Shown here in pieces: positions 53,814 through 64,000 of a stretch of 64,000 nucleotides of DNA (the first letter of the stretch is position 1; every line of letters starts with the position of its first letter). The position numbers and the translations under genes are program-made. Source of the DNA: Vicugna vicugna (Eukaryota); NCBI GenBank assembly GCA_013265495.1, contig MU058824.1, forward strand, positions 2,259,111 through 2,323,110. The letters are read 5' to 3'. Below the pieces are notes generated by a model. It saw only the letters and a program-made list of their open reading frames with translations. It did no database searches and was not told the origin of the DNA.

Positions 53814-53966
53814 TTCTTTTTTTTTAAGGTTTTATCTTTGAGGTGGGTAGGTAATTGGGTTTGTTTGTTTGTTTATTTATTTATTTAGGTACTGGGGATT
53901 GAACCTAGGACCTCCTGCATGCTAAGCACGTGCTCTACCACTGAGCTATACCCTTCCACATCCCCC
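53814..53966 (-). mobile_element. tRNA-derived SINE (camelid Vic-1-like) with TSD in XPA intron 3
   Basis: Reverse complement reads gggtatagctcagtggtagagcacgtgcttagcatgcaggaggtcctaggttcaatccccagtacc. TSD attgagtct at 53805-53813 and 53967-53975. Confidence 0.9.
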
Positions 53967-54286
53967 ATTGAGTCTCAGTTTCCATTTATATTTACTGAAC
54001 TTATGGAAGTCATTTCAGATCCTTTGTGGAAAAGAGGGACTTTAAATAAGTAAAAAAGAAATTCTTAAAATGTTGAATGACATGGATCTATCTGCTGCTA
54101 GTATAGCTTCTCACAATTAGTAAAAGGAAGTATTTTTCTCTTAGAATTCTTATGCTGCCAATTTGACCATAAGAGTTTCAGGAAACAGTATTTTATATGT
54201 TTCTTTTGGCATATATGCCCCTAGGTTTTTGGGCAATTTGAAAATTTAATTTATTTAAAATAACTAACTTATATAAATGGACTTAA

Positions 54287-54514
<228 letters not shown>

Positions 54515-56292
54515 TGACAATGAACTAGTTATAATTCATTTAATTTTTACTTACAGAGAGTTAAAAAGATCCTTTTCATTTTATTGCTTTGCATGAGTCC
54601 TAGTCATACATAATGACATTTAATAGTATGTTCCCTTACTTTGCTTTTTGATGTGGCACTTTGGAGCAAATATATTACTATTGGGTGATGTTAGGAGTAT
54701 AACTTGGAAACTAAGAAAGCTTGGAATAGGGGTCAGATCATGTTTCTCATGCCCACCCACAGCCTAGAACTTTTACGCCACTTGGGAAGTGCTCACCTGG
54801 AACCCTGTCAGCTGACCCCGTTTGTCTAGTGTGTCTCAGAGCAGATTTCTCAGCTCCTCTTGCTGCAGTTGTATTACAGGTGTGTCAGGATACTTAGCCA
54901 CCCGGCACCAGGGGCTGCTAGAGTGCCCAGGCTGGTGGGTACTTTGTGTCTGGCCCCAGGGTGGTAAAAAAGTCATGAGACTCTATTTGTGCCATTATAT
55001 TTAAAATATTGGGGGGCATTGCTTTAGAGCACAGTTTAATTGGGATATATCAGAAAATCCTAGAATAAAGAAGCTACATTATAAAACTAAACTTGTACAG
55101 TGAATGTTCATGAAACGTGAGACTGTAGATTAGAAGATCCACAATTATTTTATGTACCATTAAAAATGAAAAAATGATTTTCATTTTAAGCAATAAGGTT
55201 TGCTGGTGGAAATCTGTTTTTTTATAACCTCGTGGGTCATAGTTAAGATTGAATTGATACCAGTGCTGTGTTGTTGCTTGGAGCTGTTACTTTATACTTA
55301 GTGAAATAGTGCCATTAGACTTCCTGTAGGTTTTTTTTGCTGTATGTCATGCTTGTGTGTATACGAAAAGGAAAAGGCAGATTTATTCAGGTGTTCCTAA
55401 ACTTCCTCGTATTCAGAGTCCAATTCTTCTGAACCACTTTTTGACTCAAGGTTGTTAAAGTACCATTAATTACTTTGGTGATGCAGCATCTTCAAGGATG
55501 TCAAATTGTGGAAAATGTGATGTTTTGAATTTATGAAGTAACAGTGTATCACTTTATGTTAAGAAATTTTAGTTTGGCTAAATTGATTGATATTTTGGTC
55601 CCCTTAACATTTTGTGAGAGATATCCCAAGCATAATTCTCTGTGTGTATATTATTTCCCTAAATGTAAATAAATATTATAAAGAGTATAGATTTACAATC
55701 CAAGGTTTTTAAACTAGAATAAAGATTTTTTAGGCCGTTCAGCTACGAAAGTTTTTTTTTTTTAAAAACTCCTATTCCCGAAGATCAGAAGTAGTCAAGT
55801 GGATAGAAACTCGTATTGATTCTGGAGAAGAGTGTTAGTGATTGATTTTCTGTGGCAGGAGATTTTTGGAGAGGACGTCATATTTAGATCTGATACGGCT
55901 AATTGGTCAGCAGATTTTTTTTTTTGGTGGGAGTGATACTGCCAAAACTCATATAATTCACTGACTACATGTACTTCCCTTGATTGAAGTGAAAGCAAAT
56001 CAGAAACAGTTGCAGTCAGAGGACAGCTTTTCTATTTATACAGGTACACCCTGTTTTATTGTGCTTTTCACATATGTAATCTAATTCAGTATACATTTAC
56101 TAAGGGCTTCATAGGTTTACAGGGAGGTAATATTAGAGCTGCTTAGATCAACATTTAAAATCTTTTAAATTTCAAATATTTATAAGCTTGTACTTGAGTT
56201 AGATCATTCTTTGGCCACATGTGAATTTAATAATTATAAATATTTTACAGCAACGAATTGCAACTAATTTAAATATGGATTCTGTATTGTAG

Positions 56293-56457
<165 letters not shown>

Positions 56458-57684
56458 TAAAAAGCCTTTAGTTAAGTTGTTCCAGATAATGATATAAACT
56501 GGATCACCAGTAGATTGGAATGTGTTTCTTTCCATAGACTGAAGGGAAAAAGACTTAGTTTGCCCTCAGTAGGTTGGTGTTTGAAACTTGCAGTCCATAC
56601 CTCACAGTACTGCAGTTCTAAAAAAGCATTCAAGCCCTCATCTTAAAGTGAATCACATTTTTATGAGGAATGATGGCAGGATCAGGGAGGATCAGGGATG
56701 TATCCCTGGTAAGGATTTGGCATAAATTCAATCTTAAATATGATCCATGGAGTTATAAAAGACAAAGATTTCCACCAACAAACCTCTCTAATTGCTTAAA
56801 ATGAAAAAATAATGCCCAAGTCTTAGTCACCTTCTAAGCCTGATTACTTTTATATATGAACAAAAGACTTAGAAAGGTGGAGCGACTTGTTACATAGTTG
56901 CTAGAGATTTGGGTCTGGAGCTGGGCTTCCACGGCTGAAAGCCTGCATTGGCACATTCATCCTCTGTCCATACATCTGTCTATTCATTCCTCTGTTCATC
57001 TGTCTCTGTACTTACTCGTGCATGCATGCATCCATGTGTGCATATGTGCAGAAGTCTGTCTGTCCACCTGTGCATGAATGCATCCAACAGTTACTAAATG
57101 TCAGCTATGTTCCAGGCACTGTGCTAACATAAATGCTGGAGTCACAGTTTGTCAGAAGAGAAAGACTGGGAAACTTAAAATCATGAGTGTGACAAGTACT
57201 GGGATAGTGATGAACATAAGGTACTGCAGGGGCACAAAGAGCGCTTTCTGCTGTATCACAGAATCCTTAAAAAGAGCCTCAAAAAGTAGGCATAAAAGTT
57301 CTTCCTGCAGTGACTGTGCATCCCAGTGTGGTGTAAAGTGTACATAGATAGCACATATTCTGTGTATATACAGGGTTATACATACACTAAATTGAGTATC
57401 TTAGCCAGAATAAATAATGTGTTTTTAGGATTTAGAAGAGGTTTTGGAAGGTGAATGAATATAGTTCAGATGTCTTAAACAAAAAAGAAAAATAATTGAA
57501 TGTAAGCCTGCCTTGTTTCTCCCCCTTATTGTGGGGCACTTCTTTCCCCCTTTTCAGTACGAGTAATTGATGTACAGTGCAGAAAAGTTAGAAAACTACA
57601 AAGAACTTCTATCCCATAATTCGACTACCCAGAGACGATCATTAGTAACATTTTAAAGTCTATTCTTGTATTCATTTTCTATGC

Positions 57685-57966
57685 ACAGGTCCTTACATTT
57701 TTTTTTTAATAAAAATGGAAGCACTGTTGGACATTTATGAATTTTATCAAAATTTTTTCAATCTTAATCTCAGTGTCTCAGCTTCTTCAACTATAAAATG
57801 ATGATAAAACTGTTTGTAAGGAATCAACAGGTCCTTACATTTTTTTTTAATAAAAATGGAAGCACTGTTGGACATTTATGAATTTTATCAAAATTTTTTC
57901 AATCTTAATCTCAGTGTCTCAGCTTCTTCAACTATAAAATGATGATAAAACTGTTTGTAAGGAATC
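57685..57966. repeat. About 140-bp near-perfect tandem duplication in XPA intron 5
   Basis: 57685-57825 and 57827-57966 are identical except for a T10 versus T9 run, and are separated by one A. Confidence 0.97.
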
Positions 57967-60939
57967 GATGAGACATTACATATAAATTGCTTAGCTGTGA
58001 AATGGGGCAGAGCAACAGCCCCAAGTCATAGTATTTCAGTGGAACATTATGTACCTGTTACAAGAATACGGCAGCTCTGCATGTGTGACTGTAGAAGGAC
58101 ACTGTTTAGAGAACAGTTTTGTTTTCCCCTGTAGACGTTGTATAATGGAGGCAGGTAAAGGACCCACTTACATAGCCTTGGACCTGGGTGTAAATGTTCA
58201 AGTGTTTGTCAATTATTACTTTATTCTCTAATTACACGAAGAGAACAGTAGTTGAGCTTATTTCAAGTTTTTAATTCAACTTCCTTAATTTTGATTACAA
58301 ATAAAAATTTTATTATACAAAATGGATCAACTTAATATTTAAGAATAAAAATCAAAGTTTAATTAAAAAAAAGTTTATCAAGACAGATAACCCCATGAGT
58401 AAATATCCTTATATACATCTTTATATAAATTATAGTTTATCAAAATGTCATTTCCTGAATCAGAGGGCAGGCACATTTTATGGCTTTGTAGAGAGGTTTC
58501 CCACAGCAAACTGCGCCGTATAAGAGCATTTCATTGAAGAATCTTCCCCAGATTAGCTGCTGCTGTGCCACAGTCTTCAGAAACACCTGCAAGGGACCAA
58601 CTGAGAGGAATTGGAAAGACTCCTTTTGAATTTGGTCCTTTAATCTCTTCCATGTTCTAGTGCAACCCTTCCTCCCTTCCGACATTGAGGAGAGCCTTGA
58701 AGGTTAAGGTAACAGAAGGCACTAACTGAGGGGTGTAAAAGAGGAGGGCATATTTATAGACTAAACACGGATCAGTCCAGGGTTTTTCCAACTCCAGCTC
58801 CCTGAATCACCTCAACTCTTCCCTTTCTGCTGCCTCATTAAACATACTTTCCAAGATGGTATTTTGGGGTAGACAGTAATACGTGGATAAAGGAATTAGA
58901 AACTTGTACCTGCAAAGTGATGAAGTATTTTTAAAAGGGGGTCTGTAATTTTTCTTAGATACTGTTTCTGTAGTTTGGTCAAAATGTCATCTAAAGGTGA
59001 CTAAATTCCTATAATTTGACTAACAATAAAAGATTATGGCATCTGTTTAATTTCTTTATGCTTTTTCTGTAACAATTCTATCAAGATAGTCATGTCTATT
59101 AAGTATTAGTATGAATAGAATGTTTCTTTTAAGATTTACATAATTCACAAAGGTGTTTTTTAAAGGAGGTGTAAGCTCAAACGTAATTGGCTGTCTTTCT
59201 CACTATGTCACATTACTGCTGTTAACCACCAGATAAATCACTGTGGATTTTCCTCATCCTTGAAGAGTTTGAATTTGCCCTGAATTTTTTCTTAGACCTC
59301 TTAAGACTAAGGTTTCTTTAGTTTATTCCTTATTTGGATGAAGCATGTCTTGTTACAAGAGTGGTATGTTTTCAAAGACCCTACAAATCTAAGAATGTTT
59401 CTCTGTTTCACTTGCATATGAAAACATGAGTTCTCTCTGTTGTATAAACATTACGTCATTGTGTCATCTAATGTGCAGAGATCAATGCCATGCCTTCTTT
59501 AATTATGGCTTCTTCTTACTTTAGAGGTTGGTGGATATGTTCCTGTCCTCCTGACTAGGCCTCCTGACTAGTGGAGTAGACACTGTAGAGATTAGGAACA
59601 AGGAGCTCACAATGCAGTTTGCTCAGAAGGCTCAGAACAGAGAGGAATAAAAGCAAGTCTAAAAATCTTAGTTGAAAAGAAATTGGAACCTGGTTCCTCT
59701 TGGTCTTCTGATTTTGACCCACAAAGAAGCTGTCACAAAGTTTACTTCTTTATGGAAAGGTAAGAGATTACATTTACCTGCTTTTAGAATATGACCTACT
59801 TTTACAGTTTGAGACAAAATTGATCTTACTACAGAAGAAAATTGAAGTATAGATAATATAAGGTATATATGTATAAATATTGACAAGGTGAAAGACAAAG
59901 AATTTTCTTGTCAGCAAATTCAAATTGTTACAGATCTCTTAGATCCAGGAAGGCAGAAGTAGGGATGATGGTATCACTGCTGAGTAATTCATTAGATTTT
60001 TAAAAATGCAGTATGCCTTGGCCTTGATATCAGACAGGAACTTAAACTGGTGCAAATACACAGAACGTTTTGGGTTTGTGTGGATCCTTTCCACTGATAA
60101 GGTGGAGGTGAGGCTTTTCTTTAAAGTTATACTCAGCTTTCTCTTACTTAATCCTAGTAGAGGTTAACCTTCTAAAAAAAGGAAAAATTAATCTTCATTG
60201 TTTGTTACTGTGCACTTTTTTCCCCAGAAGAGGTGGGTAAGAAAATCCTATTTTGGGGTCTCTTCTCTAAGTTTGTGAACATTTTACATCCTGGGCCTGT
60301 GGTCATATTTATGACTGTTTGAGATTCCTCTCAAGAGAGTTTGAAGGACACAGTTTCTTGTGACTCTGCTTCGGTTTATGGAGGACAAACTTCATGTGTC
60401 ATTTTGTCATTTTCTTGTGATCTTCCCCTCTAGTTAACAATGGGCACCTTATGTCAAAACTTCCTGCAAAATTAAGATATTAAGCTGAATAAAATATAAG
60501 TTTTAGAGTGATATAAAATACATTTTTCATTGAAACAAACATTCAGGGGAAAACGTTGGGTAAACAGTAGCAGCAGTTCCTGAAGGTAATTGTCAGCAAG
60601 ACTGATGTTACTGTGAACGTTTTTATAACCTTCCAAGAGAAGCAGCCGACACGTTTTCGTGCTGTGGAGTTCTAGGCCAGTGGGGCCAGCAGACTGGAAC
60701 ATGGTGAGTCGCTGTTCTGTTCTCCAGCCTCGGTTAGGATTTCGGGGCTGCTTGGCACATCCTCTCTCCATCCCACGGTTTCCTGAGCTCCCCCAAGACC
60801 TAGCAGGCCTTTTCTCAGTCTTATAAAGTCTCTGACCTTTCTCCCTCTTCTTATTCTCAGCAGTGGGTCATTGACCTCTACTTTCTAAAGTTTTTAAGTT
60901 GCTTAAATGAAGTAATGGGAAAAACTTACTGGTCTTTAA

Positions 60940-63290
60940 ACATATTTTTTCTTTCACCAGATATTGACATTTTGTCACACTGGCTTCTCTCCCATTCTCT
61001 CTCTCACACACAACTTCGCTGAACCATGTAAGAGTTACTTGTAGGCATTGTGATTCTTGTCAGTACTTCAGCATTTATCTGCTCTGAACAAGGACATTCT
61101 TCTACAAAACTAAAAAATAATCACACTCAATAAACTTAACACTAATATAATGCTGTTATCTAGTATATGATCTGCATTATTTGTCTTTTCCCCAGTTGTT
61201 GTAGTGTCTGTTACAGCTTTTTAGTTGTTGGATCCAGGGGCCAGTCGAGGATGATGCACGTCCAGTCTCTTTTAGTACCTCAGCCTTTTTCTTTCATGAC
61301 ATTGGCATTTCGAAGAGTCCATGCCACTTGTTTTGCAGAATGTCCCTCTATTTGAATTTATTAGCAGTGTACTTCCTCACAGTTAAGATTCAGGCCGGTG
61401 GTGTGTCTGAGCACATTACCTTAGGAGACACGTGGTATCAGTTCTCTAAGAGAGTGAGTTTGTTGCTTTGTTAAGGCAGGATCTGCCAGATTTTTCTGTT
61501 GTAAAGGTACGCTTTTCTCTTTGTAATGAATAAGAAATCTGTGGGGTGACTGACACTGTGTGAACATCTCATTCCTTAAGTCTCAGTCAATGGTTTAAGC
61601 ACACAGGGATGAATCTTGCCTGAGTCAGTTATTATTAGGGTAGATATAAATGGTGACTTTCTCTTTTTGTTATTTCTACAATTATTATTTGGCTTCTTTT
61701 GGAAAGAAGAGCTTTATTTAGAACCAGTTTTGAACCATGGATTCTTATTCTCTCATCAGTGTTAGAATCTGTCCAGTCCTGTCATTATGCTCAGTTTTGA
61801 TGCTCAGATTGTCCAAATTTGGCCAACGGAAGCCCCTTCAGTCTAGCTCCTTTTTTTTTTTTTCTCAGTGTTGTTATTTGGAAGTCCTTTCAGGCTGGCT
61901 TAAAATTGAAGGGTAAGAGCAGCACAAGGACGCTCACATGTTCTAACCCAGATGTGCCTGTTAGCACTTGTATCATCTGCATTCTCTCTACACACACAGG
62001 TTTTTTTCTGAACCATTGAAGGAGTAGATTGTTTACATCACCACCCTTTATGCCTAAATACTACAGTGTATTTCCTAAGAATAGGAATATTCTCTTACAG
62101 AATGAAATTATAGTATTGATTTTTTAATCTCATCTGTCATCCCTGTTCCAGTTAAGTTGACCCAGTTATGTCCTGTGTGGTTTTTAATTCCAGTACAGGA
62201 TACAGTCTACGAGCAAGTATTAGCTTTAGGTACTGAGTCTTTCTAAATTTATTCTGGAATATTCCCACAGCCTTTATCATTTATGACATTGACATTTTGG
62301 AAGAAGTCTCTTCCCTTTTCCTGCCTGCCTTTTTAGAAGCAATGTTTTACATTTGGGGTTTTTCTGATGTTTCTTGATGGTTAGACGCAGGTTAGTCATT
62401 TCAGGCTGGGGACAGTACATAAATGATACGCCTCTTCCCAGGATCACGTCTGGAGACATGTGCCCTCAGTGGTGATGTTAATACGCATTTTTGATTTGAT
62501 AAGCAAAAGACCCCTGTAAGACCAGGCACATGTCCTGCTTTTCCTCAACACTTCCCCTTAGATTCAGTAACCATCCGTGGATGGTTCTTCCCCAAACCAG
62601 TCTTTGGTATGCTGGTTGTTAAAATTGTTTGCTAACATCAGTGCTCCCTCCACATTTAACCAGTTGGAAGCCAGCATTCTGTCCCATCCCTTCCCCCCTT
62701 TATTACTGGTATGGATTCATTCACTCCTATTATTCTCAATGGCTTTTGGTTCATTTCTGTCCTTAATTATTTTGGTGCTCAAATTAGTTGTCTCAGATTT
62801 GGGCCACTAGGAGTGTCTTCAGGCTAGCTCTTGCGTCCTTGTGACATATCGTCATCATTCTTTGAGCACTTCTGCTTTCTAGCTCAAAACACATGTAAAT
62901 CTGTATCTATAATTAAAACCTTGAGTTCACATTGATAGACTCAGTTCTAATCTAGAATTCTAGTGCTCCTTTTGGTTTTCTCCCTTTCTGTACTTGTAAC
63001 TCCCTTCTCTGACAGTGAGAAACCTGACTTAAGTGTCCTTTATAATATGTATAGTTATCTGATGAATGACCCTGAAGATAACAAATTTCTCTTCACTGTT
63101 GCTGCCGCCGGTGTAGGAGACCTTCCTTACCGTTTTCTTGGGGCTCCCCCACCCTCCCACAGATGCCTGCTTTACTTGCTCCACTTCATGGCTTTTTAGG
63201 ACTAGATTGTTCAGGCGGGGAAAGGAGGGCAAGAAAATACAGATGTACCAGTATTTTAGTACTTCCTTACTTTCTAGCACAAGTTTTTCC
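60940..63290 (-). mobile_element. Degraded old L1 (L1MC/ME) 3' fragments in XPA intron 5
   Basis: Recurrent L1MC-like motifs: gatgctcagattgtccaaatttggcca; atttcctaagaataggaatattctcttac; tttgggccactaggagtgtcttcaggctagctcttgcgtcctt. Confidence 0.6.
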
Positions 63291-64000
63291 AGGAATATCT
63301 AGTAAATACTAAAGATACGGCTTTATTGTTGTCATTATGTATCTTGATAGATTAGCTGAAGAATAGTGGGGGGGAGACATAAAATCAGTATAAAACCTTC
63401 TGTTCAGTTGTGACCAGTTATGGCTAGTAAGCTAGATTTTTAAGTATTCTCTTTTAGTGTTAATAATTTTCTTCTGTCTCTTCCTAAGTTCACGTAATGC
63501 TCAAACTAGGCAGAATTTGGGTTAGCTTAACAGTGACTGGGATGCAGTCAGATGTTGAGAGATTTTCTTAGTGGGGTAGTAAAGGAAAAGTGGCCAGGGT
63601 ACCTTGCATCAGAACAAAGCAGAAGGGGAGGTATTGGAATTCAAATGGGAGACATTGCCCTGTCATTATCTGAAACCACGGTTTTGGTCAGCATATCATT
63701 TATTTTTATTCAGAAAATATTCTAAGGTAAAATAAAAAATTTAAAGATAATGGGTAGTTCAGATTATGTCTAGAAAAATTAGGCTCTTCAGAATGAGAGG
63801 ATACAGAAACAAAGAGGTGGATGAACGTGATTTTCTCCCTAGTCTAGAAACTATCCAGAGCTGTACACATTGAAGCTTGAAAAGAAAGTCTCAGATGAAG
63901 TGCTTCATACTGAAGGGATGAAAAGGTGGCCCAGCTCAGTGGTTAAAAACGTGGACTGAGCTGGACTGTGCCTGTTTGACCTTAGGCAAAACTTACTTGC

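Overview
Mammalian genomic DNA, probably a camelid (inferred from two tRNA-derived SINEs resembling the camelid family, cetartiodactyl-type L1 3' ends, and no Alu, BovB or PRE-1 seen). The only supportable protein-coding gene is XPA (nucleotide excision repair) on the + strand. It has a CpG-island promoter at about 43.8-44.45 kb and coding exons 1-5 (172, 111, 106, 166 and 118 nt, all GT-AG), which splice into 224 open codons. Terminal exon 6 lies beyond the window. The 44 kb upstream has no recognisable gene and is rich in L1, L2, MIR, MaLR/ERV LTRs and DNA-transposon relics, with a few repeat-free, motif-rich islands that may be enhancers; in human the equivalent interval lies between XPA and FOXE1. 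I found no convincing new biological system. The most checkable oddities are an F164C-equivalent substitution in XPA, a possible uORF, a weak exon-4 donor one base away from a perfect cryptic donor, a candidate poison exon, a near-perfect 140-bp tandem duplication in intron 5, an ERV1 solo LTR upstream of the promoter, and candidate CTCF/enhancer sites. Repeat family names and boundaries, and comparisons with human XPA, come from memory rather than database searches.
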